Shown: positions 25,518 through 39,290 of the stretch, one piece after another
Position numbering within the stretch: the stretch's first letter is position 1
Layout: every line of letters starts with the position of its first letter
Source: Felis catus
Taxonomy: Eukaryota
Direction: 5' to 3'
DNA length: 64,000 nt
Assembly (NCBI RefSeq): GCF_018350175.1
Contig: NC_058368.1
Location: forward strand, 238,144,001-238,208,000
Position numbers and translations under genes: made by a program
The notes under the pieces: model-generated
What the model was told of the DNA's origin: nothing
Database searches by the model: none
Seen by the model: only the letters and a program-made list of their open reading frames with translations

Positions 25518-25787
25518 GGGAACGCTGGTGTTCCTAGAGGTCCCTCGTGGGGACGCGGTGTTCCTAGAGGTCCCTCGTGGGGACGCGGTGTTCCTAGAGG
25601 TCCCTTGTGGGGACGCTGGTGTTCCTAGAGGTCCCTCGTGGGGATGCGGTGTTCCTAGAGGTCCCTCGTGGGGACGCTGGTGTTCCTAGAGGTCCCTCGT
25701 GGGGACGCTGGTGTTCCTAGAGGTCCCTCGTGGGGACGCGGTGTTCCTAGAGGTCCCTCGTGGGGATGCGCTGTTCCTAGAGGTCCC
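25518..25787. repeat. Minisatellite, 30/31-bp unit GGTGTTCCTAGAGGTCCCTCGTGGGGACGC(T), about 9 copies
   Basis: TTCCTAGAGGTCCC occurs nine times at 30-31 bp spacing with no spacers. Confidence 0.97.
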
Positions 25788-28700
25788 GCCAGCTCAGGGC
25801 ACGGAGCCGCTCACCCTCCCCTCTCTGCACGCAGGGGGCCAAGCGGCAGGGCGGATGCTGACTTTGTCCAGGGCACATGTTGGGGGTCAAGGGCACTGGG
25901 CTTTGCATTCACAGTGACCAGGGAGCCTGGGGTGTGCGGCCACCTCGAGGGCACAGCGGGTCTGAAGCACCAGGTTGGAAGAGGGCTGGTGAGAGTGGCA
26001 GTGTCGCGGAGGGGGCTCTGGCAGGGGCCAGCTGGGGACGAGCTGCAGGGGACACACGTGTGGACTTTGCCCCTGGCGTCCGATCGATGTCCAGTGGCTC
26101 CGCTGATACGGGTCACTGTGTCGGTCCCAGTGTGGTGTCCAGGGAGCACGTTACTTCTCCGTCCTGCCAGGCTCCCCTTCCCAGGAAAAATGACACATTT
26201 TTCTCAAAGTCAACTCTAGTTCCTTTAGGACGAAATGAAAATATTTGCACTTATTTCGGGAAAACACAGGAGAGCAGAGGTGACACAGCGAGGCTGGTCA
26301 TTAAGGTCTCAGAGCTCCTGGCCCCCACCGGCGATGGCCGCGCACAAAGCTGGGAACAGACCTCCCTCTCTGTGAAAGACGGCACTCCCCACCTGGGCTG
26401 GGCTCCCTTAGACGCCCCAACCAGCCATCACCCTGACCCCCGCGGCATCCGAATGTCCTCCCACTGGCCCTCGGTCACTTCAAGGCTCTGCTCCGGGACG
26501 CACCGGGCACAGGTCAGGACTCGCCCCCGTCCAGTCCCAGACCCACGGCCGTGCTCACTGAGACCCCAGTGCCCACGCAGACTCTAGACCGAGCCCATCC
26601 CTGCTGAGCAGCCTCGCGTGTGGGGTCCCCTAGGGGCTGCGCGTGGTGAGCCGGCCCCCCTCGGAAGACCCACTCCAGGAGGGAGGAGGGGGGACTGGCC
26701 GGTCAGCCAGAATCTGCCCGCAAGCAGCAGCACCCAGACTCAGCCGGTGGGCGCCCGGGGGGCTGGGTGAGCTGGCCACGAGAGGCGGGGTCCCCGGGGC
26801 CACCAGGGAAGGTGTCGGTAGGGCAGGGAGGCCGCTCCCAATAGTCCCAGGAGGAGGTGAGTGCTGGGATTCCCAGGAGGGGCAGGGCACAGCTGAGGTG
26901 CCCAGCTGGCCTCCAGCTGTGACACCTGCTCGCCGGGCTGAGCAGAGCGGGCAGCGGGCCCCGGGGGGCCTCCTGAGGGCCGAGGGTTTGGGTGTCCTGC
27001 CAGCTCTGCCCACGCAGCTGTGGACGCCCACGGGACAGAGACGGGAGATGGCAAGGGCTGACCTGCCTGGACACTGTCCCCTTCCTGTGTATCGTGTGAC
27101 AAAACACCCCAAACTGAGTGCCCCCCGTGGCTGTTTGGGCCCTCCTGACAGTGTGGGCGCGTCGGGGGATCCAGACCCGCCACACCGGGGCCGACCGGCT
27201 TCCGAGAGGCCGGGGCCCGGAGGCCTGGCGTCCGGGGTCCCGGCAGGGCCGCCGTCCGGCTTCTGCACCTGTCTGGAAACAAGCCCACAGAGAAGTCACG
27301 TCCACCGAGCAGCGCCTGCGAGGCCGTCCGCGCGGCCACGGGGTCCTCGTCCCGGGCTGGCGGCACAAGCCTCGGGCTGCGCGTCGGGGACAGAAGCCCT
27401 CGAGGCGGCGGGGGCCCGCCAGCTCGCCCGCCCTCCTGGTCCCCGAGGCCCCGCGGAGCCCTGCGTGCCGGCGGCCGCTGGATCGTCTCCGAGGTGAGCC
27501 GCACATCGCTCCTTCCCACACGTTTTCCTTGATTAAAAACTGATTTTCTGCTGTGCTCTCAGAATTGCTTTTCATTGCCTTTGGAGGAACAGAAGGGAGG
27601 GGGAGAAAAAGTCCGCCGTAAATAATCTTCCTCGGGAAGTCCGTCCGATTTTCTTCTTTACGGAGCAAGCGCATACTTAATGAGAACCCTCTGTGCCGCG
27701 CGTACATCATCTTTATGTTCCGGGGTGACCGTGGAGAAGTCTCAGCTTTAAAACATCCCTGGAGCGCAGCGGGAAACGAGTGCGGTGTCCGCGGCACCCA
27801 GGTCCCCACGCGGGCGCGGCGCCCGGAGACGTCTCCCCGCGTCCCGCGCCCTGGGCGGCTCCGCCTGCATCCGAACTACACAGGGCAGCATTTAATATTC
27901 CGGTGCATAATTTAAACACTGGGGACTGAGGAGACGCGCTCCTAAAGTCACAGGCCTCCTGTTTGCCGTAAATCCCTTTTCCTGGAGGAAACTAACAGTT
28001 TCATAACGCGTCTCCAGGCTCCACTCAAATGGGTCTCCTGAAACATGAGATCATAACAAAGAAAACCACAGAGACAGGGAAAGAGCTCCTCTCTGGAGCT
28101 GGGAGACCCCGAGCACGTGCGGCCGGCCCGCGTTGTCCGCGATCGCCCGGCCAAGCCAAGGGGAGCCCCCTCCCCAGGGCGCGGCTCCAGGTGTGGGAGA
28201 AACGCCCCCCAGGCCCCCCGAAGGCGCAGATTCTCCGCGGTGGTGGAGGCCAGAGGCAGCGGCAGGCGCTCCGCTCCGAGGGAGCACGGCTGGAGTCAGG
28301 GGGACCCCGGGGTGGACCCTGCCCACGGCTTCCACGCACGCTGGGCCCGTGGCACCCGCTTTGACCACACGGCGTGCCCTTCCTGTGCACAGGGGACAGC
28401 ACATCCTGACGCTGCCCTGGGCCCACTGCCCACGACGTGCAAGCCCACGGTGCAGCCAGGAACACAGCCCCCCCCCCCAGGGCAGTGAGAGCCGGGACCA
28501 GAACCCCCCCGGGGCCACGCTGAACCCCCTGGCTCCTGCTTCGCGAGCCCCCACGCGCACCCGGCCCGCCCTGCCCCCACGCCAGGAGGTGGAGGAGCCA
28601 GCGGAACGGGGTCAGACGGCCGAGGAGCCCGTGGACCCTGGCCCAGGGGAGGTACGCCTGCAAGCGCCCACCGAATGACTCAAGTAGCTTCGGACAAAGC

Positions 28701-29399
28701 CACGCTCAGAGCCACCCACGGTGGTATGCACATGTCCGTCCTCGGCGGAGGACAAGCCAGGGGGGCCGCATCGGCCAGGGGGCGTCCAGGACGGCTTTGC
28801 TCCCAGAGAGCGGTGGGGCCAGCTGTCGGCTGGGCCATGGGGGACACCCACACGGTGGCCAGGGCCTCCCAGCCGGGGAGGGAGGCCCCACGTGCAGGCA
28901 CGTTTCCAGCCCTTGCCGACGTCCCCACGCCGGCCACGGCTCCTTCAGGGAGAGCCAGCCTCCACTCCTCACAGGAGGAGGTGAGAGCACCGCGGGGTGC
29001 GCGCGGCCCCCTTCGTGCTGTGCAGTGTGAGGTGCGTGTGATGCCCAAATCTGCAAAGCTCACGGCCGCGTCCGGGTTCTGTGGTGCCCCGACCACGGCA
29101 CCCGGGCCGCTATTTAGACATTTGTTTGAGTTCGAGCGCATACACGCGTAAATATACACGCGCGCGTGCGGGCACAGGAGAGGGGGAGAGAAGACCGAAA
29201 CACCGAGTCGGGGCGGGACTGACGGGGAGGAGGTGAGGGGCACCTCCTGGGTCGGGGCGCGCTGGGTTTGCCTGTCTGCGCGCGAAGCTGGACGTGTCAC
29301 CTGCTGGCCCTTCTGTTCACGTCGGCAGGATCTACAGGGACGCCCCATTTGCCTCCTGATATTGGCAATTTGTGCTTCCTGACGTCTTCTTGATGGGTC

Positions 29400-30130
29400 T
29401 CTGGGACGTGCCAATTTTTATTAACTCCCCAAAGAACCGACTTTAGGCCTTGTTTTTTTCTATGGGCTATCTGGCTTATAGTGTATTGATTTTTTTCCTC
29501 TTACTTTTGTTACTTGCTTCCTTTGTCTTCACGTTCGTTTCCCCTCCCTCTTTCTAAACTCTCAAGCAGGAAACGTCATTGATTTCCAACTTTTTAGAAT
29601 ACATCTATCGAAGGCCGCAGACTCCCGAAGAAGACGGCTTCAGCTGCTTCCGGCAGGTTCCGACACGTTCTGTTCTCACACACAGGAAACTGCTCTCGTG
29701 GGACCTCGTGAATGTCGGTTCGCTTCACCAGACACGCACTGGCTTCCCAGCTGTGCTGCCCGGCCGTGCGTTAGCGGCCCCGCCGGCCGTCACCCTGGCA
29801 CCTGACGCACAGTCTGCCCTGAGCGGACTCCGCGTCACCCCACACGCCACGCAGCCCTCCCTTCCGGATCCGCGTGCGTTCATCTCACATCTGTCTACGT
29901 GTGTCGTAAAACTCGTAACACGTTTGCAAATTATTTTTGTCCTACTCGACAGATTCCTAGGGAAACTGGGAGAATGCTGTAACGTTCTGTTCCCTCCCAG
30001 GTTTGCTTGGCTTTGGCTCATCAAGGGAATGTCTCCACTTAATCTTCATGGATGTGCGATGTTCTCGGTGACTGCGGAATATTCCAGCATAAAACCTTTG
30101 ATTTTTGTCCTAACTTCCACTGCTTCTGAT
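29400..30130 (-). mobile_element. Possible highly eroded ancient L1 fragment(s), reverse orientation
   Basis: T-rich motifs typical of antisense L1 ('caatttttattaactccccaaagaaccgacttt…ttgattttttt…'). Weak. Confidence 0.3.
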
Positions 30131-33100
30131 GGTCCCTACGTACAGTAAAAACTCCACAAATGGCAGCGTTCATTTGCTTAATTTCACCAGTTCATTTATT
30201 CAGGAAGGATGTGTTCCAGTCCTCCTCCGTTCTGGGCAGTGTGGGAGACGCCAGCTCACTACGTGCAGAAAGCAGACCGAATCTCCACGCCGCAGCGGCC
30301 ACGTGGCCCACGCGCAAGAGAGGAGTTTGCAGGGGACGGTGGCACTGGGGGAGCCCCTGCCGAGACGGCTCTTGTCTCCTCCTGTAATATCCTAAACGTG
30401 CTTAGTCTGCACCACGGGACACAGCAGCACGTAGCTCAGGTGACAAAGTGTGCCGGAGCCAAAGAGTGGGATTTCCACCGTCCAGGGTTTCCCCCCGGTC
30501 ATTAGAATCCCTGCCTCTGCCATCGGTGGCCCTCCACGAGTTGCCTCTGTGCCCGGATGAGACGTCTTACCTGAGTCTTCACCCAGAGACGGTGGGTGCG
30601 CGTGGCTCTTTGGGGGAAGCAGGCGTGGGGCCCGGGAAAAGCCCAGGAAGAGGACGGAAGGCAATCTGAGGCCATCCCTGAGCCTGTCACCGGTGTGATG
30701 GGCTCTCGTGCATGAGCTCCCACCGTCCACCGGGCAGGGGGCACGGGGGGTTACGCCCGCCGCCACCCGGGGTTCAAGAGGGCCTGGGCAGAGCAGGAGG
30801 GACCCGCGTTCCAGGGGTCACTTCCAGATGCACAGGGCAGGGGCTGGCGGGCCACGCCCTGCGCGGCCACTCGTCCCGACTGTGTCCGGCTCGAGGGTGG
30901 CCAGGAGCCCACGGGCCGGGCACAGAGGTGTCCACACAAACGTCTACAGCGCTGAGCGTTCGGCGGGGACTGCCGTCATGGGTGCCGCAGTCTGGAACGC
31001 AGCTCGTGAAGTGGTTTCCGTTAAACCACGTGACTACCTTCACGGGCTGATTTCTAGCTTTGCTTTTAGGCTCAGTTCTCATTCTGCAGAAGAGAAACGC
31101 GTACGGGCAGACAGGGCTCGGGCACCTGCAAAGGCCGCGGAGGGCTTGGGTTCTGCCCAACCTGCCTCCTGCTGGTCCCCGCCCGCCAGGAGAGCACGCT
31201 GGCGGGAACGCGCCGCTCGCCAGGCGCTGAGTCCCCCCACCCGACTCCCCTCCAGCCCCGCGGCCTCTTAGCCGGGGATTCTGACCGAGCCCCCTGGCAT
31301 CTTCTCCGGTAACGGCAACGCCCGTGGTCTGTCGGCGCCCGGCTCAGCCCTCGCCCGGGGGCCCCCAAGGTGCGCAGGGTCCGTCTGCGCTGTCGGGCCT
31401 CCTGCCGCACGCTTCCGTGGGGACTGACGGTGACCGGCCTCGCCCCGCCCTTGGACAAGACCACGGCTGCCCCGCGGACTCTCCCCGCGCGTTCCAGCAG
31501 CCTACACAGCCAGCTCGCGGAAGACAGCCAACTAACTTGAGAAACGAGATGGAGCCTGAGAGCTGATCCTTTAAGGTAAGAGGAGTTGTTTTAACCCATT
31601 CTTGACAGACTTGGCTTGGTGGCGATAATGAAACCCGCCCAAGGACCGGGCGACTCTCCTCCGCGAGAGGCCGGAAGGCCTAGCGGGTGAACGGGGTGCA
31701 CTGAGCCACCCAAGTCGGGCGCTGAGCAAGCAGGCTCGGGAGCGTGGCGGCGGGGGATGGGAGCCGGGACTCCTGGGGCCACACACCACAACTCCGAGTG
31801 GACTCATCGCACCCACCACGGGACGTCCACCTCCCTGCCGGCCCCGGGCCCCAGCCCCAGGTGGGCACTGGTCCCTCTCATCCCAGGCGTCATTTCCGGG
31901 TACGGCCGCGTCCGGTGGGAGGAGAGGCCCTTTCTTGCCATTTCTTTCCGTCACAAAGAAATCTTTCCAGAACCCCAGGCCGACCTCCCTGCGTGTCTCA
32001 GCGGCCGGCTGCGCGTGCCAGGCAGGCGCCCTTCCCCCGGGTGCACGTCCCGTCCTGAGCGCAAGCCGGGCCCGGCCACTCACGGCGACGAACCGAACAC
32101 AGTAAGCGACCTGGTTTGTCGCCTCTCAGGTCAGGCCGCACACGGCTTGTTCCACAACAGGAGCCGAGGCCGTGAGTCCCCACCTGCTCGCGGGACCGAC
32201 TCCCGACCTCAGCCGCGGAAGCCCCCTCGGGAGCAGGTGTCTCCCCGGGGGCTCCTTCAGATGACCCCGCAGCCCCCGCTGCCGGCTCGCGGCCTCGCAG
32301 GAGACCCTGACGCCCAGGCCCCACGTGAGCTTCGTCCGGATCCACGACCCACGGAAAGTCTGGGCTAAGTCTCAGGGCGATTTGTTCGGACAGCTGATAA
32401 CTGATGCGGCCCCTGAGCAACCACGCGACAGGGAGAGGTGGTATCGGGCTCGGTCCCCACACGGGGACGCCGGGACAGGCAGACGGGGGCGGATTTCGTC
32501 ACCGCTCCTTGGAGACACTCTTGCCGAGAGCCTGCTTCTGTCCTGGGCCTGGGCTGGCTGGGGAGCGAGCGTCACGTGCCCCCAGGGCCTGTGCTCTGGG
32601 CCTAGGGGTCGGACGGTGGTTCCGGCTTCTCGGCGGGCAGGACCCTAGTGTGTTTCTCGCCCGGGGCCCCGTGCCGCTGTGATTGGGATCTTTCCCACAA
32701 ATGATTCTGGTTATTGGCTGGACCGTCCTGAATTCTCAGAAGTGGGGCAACGGATTAAACCATGGGAAAGTGGTCGAGTGAGTTCAATTCTTTTTTTTTT
32801 ATGTCAACATGCTGGCAGGCACTACTGAAGAATATTTTTCCAGTGAGGTGCTTATGAAAAACAGTTCTGAGTACCATAAAATCAATTGAGTGTAGAAGAG
32901 GAAAAGCCCTCGTTCCAGGAAACTTCGCTACAAAATCAGAGACACAAGGAAGAAGCAAACGGAGGCAGGGCCAGGCCCACAAAGGGCGCTCTCGGCCCCG
33001 ACCTTCAGGCCGCTTTATCCCAGCCAGGGCGCGCGGGTGCGTGGGGGGGTTTCAACCCGAGCCAAGCGGGTTCCTCTCACTCCCGTGGCTGTTTCCTGCG

Positions 33101-34627
33101 GGGTCCGAAAGGAGAGATAAGGGCCCGGGCGCCGTGCGCGGGGTCTTCCGGAAAAGGTGGCTCTTCGTCCGCCACCCCGACGGCTCCTGTGCCCCGCCTC
33201 CTCCCACTGCGACAGGCCGGCCTCGCGGGGTCGCCCGCTGGAAACGTGCTGGTCCTGGCAGACGCCCCGGGGAAGCCCAGCCCCGAGAGGACAGAGGCGG
33301 GAGCACCGAGAACTCTCGGGAGGAAGGGTCGGCCGCGGCCGCCAGCTGGGCCTGCCCTGACCGCGGGCCCCGCAGCCCCTCCCGACAGGCGCCCGGTCAG
33401 GGGGCTCGGTGCTCTGACAGCAGGGGGTGTGCATCCGGGTGTCTCCAAATCCCCCTTCTCACGCCACTTCGGGGGACGGGAGCCCGAGGCCCGGCTGTCC
33501 GCCTGCTCCTGCTTCCTCCCCGCAGCACCACAGCTGACAAAGCGGGAGACGCACATCGCGACGCCCTGCGTGTGTCCTTCAGGTGACGTCCGGGGGTGCT
33601 GTGCACGGTCCTGGGGAAGGGGTCCTGAGAACAGAACGTCATCCCGTGACACAAAACAACATTTCTTGTTATGCAGCAAAACGTTACTTCAGAATAAGTG
33701 TGACAAGCAAACGCACGGCCGCGGTTAGGTCCTCCATCGGGCGGTGGCCTCGCGCGGGGATGTCTGGCGGCCGCTGTGGACCCCGCGTCCCAGCAGAGAC
33801 CGGACGGCACGGGGACGGACGGCGCCCCGTAAATAAGCCGCTCACTTCCCATCCTGTGCGTCTTAAACGTGGGGTGACACGGCGCCCTGGCCGCGGCCTG
33901 CAAGTACCACTGACCCCGGAAGCAGCCGGGACCCGCAGGAGACCAGGGCAGGGACGGGAGACGGGCGCACGGGCCCAGAGCGTGTCGCTGTGCCAGAAAA
34001 GCTGGGCCGTCGGAGGGACTGGGGAGGCTCCCAGGGGCCAAAGGGGGACACTTTAAGCCCCAGTAGCTGCAATGGATCAAAACACAGGGAGCATGTTCCA
34101 ACCCAAGGGGTGGTCCTGATGCTCAGAAGGCACAGCTCTCACGTCTCTCCTTGGGAGGATCCTGGGCCATCAGATCACGTTCACTCCGTCCCTGCCATGT
34201 CTCCGAGGGGCCATGAGTGTGCTGCCCCAGCTCACAGGTGAGGGAAGACGACAGGGCCCCAACAGCGCCGTTTCCCGAGCCCAGAACAACCACTGGCAGC
34301 CCCAACACGGCCTCGCAGAGACGCCCGCCACCCACGCAGCCCAGGACACACAGCCCGACCTGAGCAGCCTCTGCACCGGCCGCCAGTGGCCGTGACGTGT
34401 GGGGACAGAGGAGAGCGGTCACTGGTGCTGCGAAGGCAGCGTCGGCAGAAACGGGAACATGGGAAACTCTTAGGGCAAAAGCCCAGTTTCTTCTTCAGCA
34501 ACAAAAAGTCAGACGAAGGAGGAGGGACAGAAAGGACTAGAAAGACCTCACGAGTTGTCACTAACATGTCATCTGAGCCCCGGGCGTGAACTTCGCCACA
34601 CGCTGAGGTTAAAACAAACTGGGTGAA

Positions 34628-36101
34628 CACACAAAAATAAACTCAAAATGGATGAAAGGCCTCAGTGAAAGACAGGAAGCCATCAAAATCCTCGAGGAGA
34701 AAGCAGGCAAAAACCTCTTTGATCTTGGCCGCAGCAACTTCTTATTCAACACGTCTCCAGAGGCAAGGGAAAGAAAAGCAAAAATGAACTATTGGGACCT
34801 CATCAAAATAAAATCTTCTGCACAACAAAGGAAACAATCCGCAAAAGTAAAAGGCAACCGACAGAATGGGAGAGGATATTTGCAGGTGACATATCAGATA
34901 AAGGGTCAGTATCCAAAATCTATAGAGAATTATCAAACTCAACACCCGAAAAACAAATAATCCGGTGAAGAAATGGGCAAAAGACATGAATAGATACTTC
35001 TCCAAAGAAGACACCCAGATGGCCAACAGACACGACAAGATGTTCAACATCATTCATCATCAGGCAAATACAAATCAAAACTACACTGAGACACCACCTC
35101 ACACCTGTCAGAATGGCTCACGTTAACAACTCAGGCAACAACGGATGTTGGCGAGGATGCGGAGAGAGAGGATCTCTTTTGCATTATTGGTGGGAATGCA
35201 AGCTGGTGCAGCCACTCTGGAAAACAGTATGGAGGTTGCTCCAAAAACTAAAAATAGAACTACCCTACGACCCAGCAATGGCACTACTAGGCATTTATCC
35301 ACGGGATACAGGTGTGCTGTTTTGAAGGGACACATGCACCCCAATGTTTATAGCAGCACTATCGACAATAGCCAAAGTACGGAAAGAGCCCAAATGTCCA
35401 TCGATGGATGAACGGATAAAGAAGATGTGGCATATATACAATGGAATATTAGTCGGCAATCAAAAAGAATGAAATCTTGCCATTTGCAACTACATGGATG
35501 GAACTGGAGGGTATTAGGCTAAGTGAAATTAGTCACTCAGAGACACACAAATATCCTAGAACTTCACTCATAGGAGGACTTTAAAACCCAGAACAGATAC
35601 ACATAGGGAAGGGAAGGAAAATAATATAAAAACAGGGAGGGGGACAAAACAGAAGAGACTCATAAATATGGAGAACAGACTGAGGGTTACAGGAGGGGTT
35701 GTGGGAGGGGGGATGGGCTAAGTGGGGGAGGGGCACTAAGGGATCTCCTCCTGAAATCACTGTTGCACTCTATGCTAACTAATTTGGATGTAAATTTTTT
35801 TTTTAATTTCTTTTTCAACGTTTATTTATTTTTGGGACAGAGAGAGACAGAGCAGGAACGGGGGAGGGGCAGAGAGAGAGGGAGACACAGAATCGGAAAC
35901 AGGCTCCAGGCTCCGAGCCATCAGCCCAGAGCCCGACGCGGGGCTCGAACTCACGGACCGCGAGATCGTGACCTGGCTGAAGTCGGACGCTTAACCGACT
36001 GCACCACCCAGGCGCCCCTGGATGTAAATTTAAGAAAATAAAAAATAAAACAAGTTAAAATTTAAAAAAAAAAGAAAAGAAAATTGAAAAAAAAATTGAA
36101 A
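34628..36101 (+). mobile_element. 5'-truncated carnivore/felid LINE-1 (last ~950 bp of ORF2, frameshifted, plus 3' UTR and polyA), interrupted by a SINE
   Basis: ORF2 peptides 'KINSKWMK…[20 protein letters not shown]…[11 protein letters not shown]' and the Cys-rich 'CWRGCGERGSLLHYWWECKLVQPLWKTVWR…IELPYDPA'. A degenerate TSD reads aaaacaaactgggtgaa (34611-34627) and aaaacccaacctgggtgaa (36102-36120). Confidence 0.95.
35798..36018 (-). mobile_element. Young Can-SINE nested antisense in the L1 3' end
   Basis: Full reverse-complement SINE with a perfect 13-bp TSD, TGGATGTAAATTT, at 35785-35797 and 36019-36031. Confidence 0.96.
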
Positions 36102-39100
36102 AAAACCCAACCTGGGTGAAAATGAGGAAGCAGGAATACTGACTGTGTATTTGGGGCCCTCAGAGAATGACGGACTGTTTTAGGTCTGATATTTGCCTCG
36201 GAGACATTTTTATATGTCTCCGTCTTTTAGACACAAGCACCGAAACGTTCATGCCTGGTGCCCTGAGTTTGCCCCACAGCAAACAGGTTGGGGAAACGGG
36301 TGGGCCTGGCCCCAAGTTACGTGAGCCTGTTCTACTCTAGTTTTGTGAATGCCTGGAATTTCCCGTGAGGAATCGTTTAAAATGTGGAGTTTGGAGCAGG
36401 TGTCCGTGCCCTGCGTGCTGATTCTCTAGATTAAATGTGCAAGTGACAGGCGAAGAGTCCTGTGTGCCATCAGTCCACGTCCGCCCCTGCGTGTGCGCCT
36501 CTGCCCACCACGTCCCCCGCGGCCCGGTTGTCTGTCCGGGCCAGCTGTTGGAGAGCCCGTGCGTGTCAGTGACAGGTCCCTGGGGCCCGTGGAAGCAGGA
36601 GAGGGTCCAGCGTGGCCGTGCCCGTCCTCAGCCCTCTGGGAGCCAGGCTGGGCACACTCGGAGGGCAGGGACGGGCGCCCCAGAACCCCGCCAGCCAGGC
36701 CTTCCCAAGGCTGCCCGCCAGGCTTCCCTGCCTCTGATGCCACGGCCGAGAGGCTTCCGTGACGTCAGCCTGTTGTGCACAAGACGAGCTGTAGCCCGGG
36801 GCAGCGGAAGGTGACTGCAGGCCACCGCCCGGAGCAGCCGAGCACTCCCGCCATCTCTGCGTGCCGCCTGGCCACCGGGGCCCCAGAAGACGGTGACCCA
36901 TTGGAAAAGGCCACACGACGGCAATATCAGACCTAAGCAGGCCGATCAGAGGCAAACACACAAAACTGGAAAAGGGGCTCGAGGGGCAGTGAGGCCAGGA
37001 AGATGTGTATTGATTCCCTGCTGAACGTGTTCCCGGAGCACCGGCCGATGAAGACAGTTCCCTCTGCTCCCTGACAGCACTGAGCCCTGCCTGCCTTCCA
37101 GAACCCACCGTATCGAACCAGACTCCCGGGGTTCACAGGGAAACACTGAAAACCGTCACTGGGTTGAACACGGGCCTGCTATTTCCGGCCTCCGTACGGT
37201 TTGCCCTGCCGCTTTCCCGGACCTCTGGCCGCAGACGGCGGTGGATGGTGGCGGGTCCCCCGTGTGTTTCTCTGTCTCACGGTGGCTGCAAAGAGAGATC
37301 TGTCACAAGCACACTTTCAAAGTACCAGCTCAATGTGCTTTGAAAGCCTCAGCCCGTAGAAAATTTCTCGGAGCTCGTGATCTTTCAGTCCCATACCCCA
37401 CTCCCCCCAAAACACAAGGAACCAAAGAGAAAACCAGCAACCTTTTCTCCACGTTGTGGGAGACGCTCACCTAAACTGTGAGGATCGGAAGACCCCAACT
37501 GAGATCCCACCTCGTCCGGCTGGGGGCCGGTGCCGATGGGCGGAGGCTCCTGGCGTTTGCGGGGCTGCCGTTCCGACCAAAATGACGACCAGCCCTTCTC
37601 TCCCCGCCCAGAACGAGGCTTAACAAGGGTGCCAAGACCCGTCGTGCCCCGGGGGCAGGGGACACAAGAGTGACTGGGGCCCCGTGGGCACCAACTCAAG
37701 TCTGCACCATGCCCAAGGGTGTGAGCTGGGGTCCAACCCGGCCTTGAGCCTCCTGCTCCGGAGGCCGGGACCCCGATCAGGATTCCGGAAATTCAGAGAA
37801 CCTGTGACTCATCACAGAATGCGAGTAGAAGGGAGAGCAAAACCTCCAATGACTTCATTTCTAGCCTTCTCCTTGTAAGGGAACGTCCCACAGACGAGAC
37901 ACCGGTCAGGTAGCAGGACAGCCCTACCGGGAGACGGTCTGAGCTGAGCGTCTTGCCTAAGATGGGGGTCCCAGGGCACCGGACGCGGCACCAGCCCTGA
38001 CAGGCACGCCGAGCAGAGAGGCAGGTCGACAGCTGAGCTTGTCCCTGATTGGGGAGCGGAGCGACCCATCCAGCCCTCAGGGTCCCCCACCCCGGGCTCC
38101 AGGAGCAACGTCAGAAGACAGCGCCTATGTGCACAGGCCCTCAGACACGGTGGCGACACCTTCGGTGGAGCCGGGACCGAAACAGGGTGCAAAGCCTGGT
38201 GGCGTCTGGGCTCGGGCAGTCAGGAGCTCCTGGGGCGGCTCGCCCCACAGGCCCGTGCGCCTCCCCTCCGAGGGAAGACAGCACGTTCTCAGGACACCAG
38301 GCCGTGGGGCCGAGGCTCTGAAGGAGCAGGTGTGTGTTCAGCAAGGCGACCCCACTGGCAAGCAAGTCCCGCACCCAAGGGCCGGCCCCTGCGTGCGGTT
38401 CCGGGGTGAGCACTTGTGCGCCCAGCAAGCCGCCCCTGCACACGCCCATGCCAGCCACGCATCCAGAGCGGGTCAGGGGACAGCCACCGCGGACGTCTGT
38501 GGGGCACGACCACCACCAGGGGCAAGGGAAATGCCGGAAGGGAAGTACAGGGAGAAGGAACGTCTCTTCCAGAAGGACTGACTTTTAACCGCTCAAGCTC
38601 ACTCTGTCGGTGGTTAAAGAAAACACAAACGGAATCTGCTCGGAAAAACCTGACGACGGACTACGTTCGGCCACGTCTACAAGTTTCTTATTCTTTTCTA
38701 ATGCACGGAAAACCAACAGGTGTTCTGAGCCACCCCTGCAGCTTCCAGCCACCCCTGCCTTGGCCCCCTCCCCAGCACAGTTTTATTTCACAGAATAAAA
38801 TATTTCTGCGAAGTCAAATATACCCTTGACAACATGAAATGTTAGTATCTAATACTGAATCACTAAAACTAGGTAAAATACCAATACATATTATTTAATA
38901 TTATTATTTGCTAATATTATAATATTAAATATTCTTATCTTCCTAAACTATAAGAAGATTTTGATTTTTTTTTTAGGGCCACACTAGAATGTCCCTGGTT
39001 CTCTGTTCTTTGGGCTGCTAGTTTAAAACTGTAAAATACTATCACATCATTATTTTTCTCTAAGTCCTCCAGGCCTGTTGAAACAGCCCTCTCTCCCTGA

Positions 39101-39290
39101 TGATCTTCATGGTCCTTGTCACCAGTGGCCAGTGCGGTGGTCAGTTAGTGTCCCAGAGTCCCGGCCGGACAGACACCCTTGTCTGAGCAACCAGGTCCCA
39201 CAATGTGTGGACACTGAGTCCTACAGAGAGTTCCAGAGCAAGGAAGTGAGGCCAGCGGGTGCTAGAAATGTTCATAAATAGAAAATATTC

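Noticed and set aside
25518..25787. CRISPR-like array (30-bp repeats with an internal palindrome)
   Set aside because: Repeats are head-to-tail with no unique spacers, no cas genes are present, and the context is mammalian. It is a minisatellite.
34652..35411. Short ORFs suggesting a functional reverse transcriptase gene
   Set aside because: They are frameshifted C-terminal pieces of a 5'-truncated L1, with no RT or endonuclease domain present.
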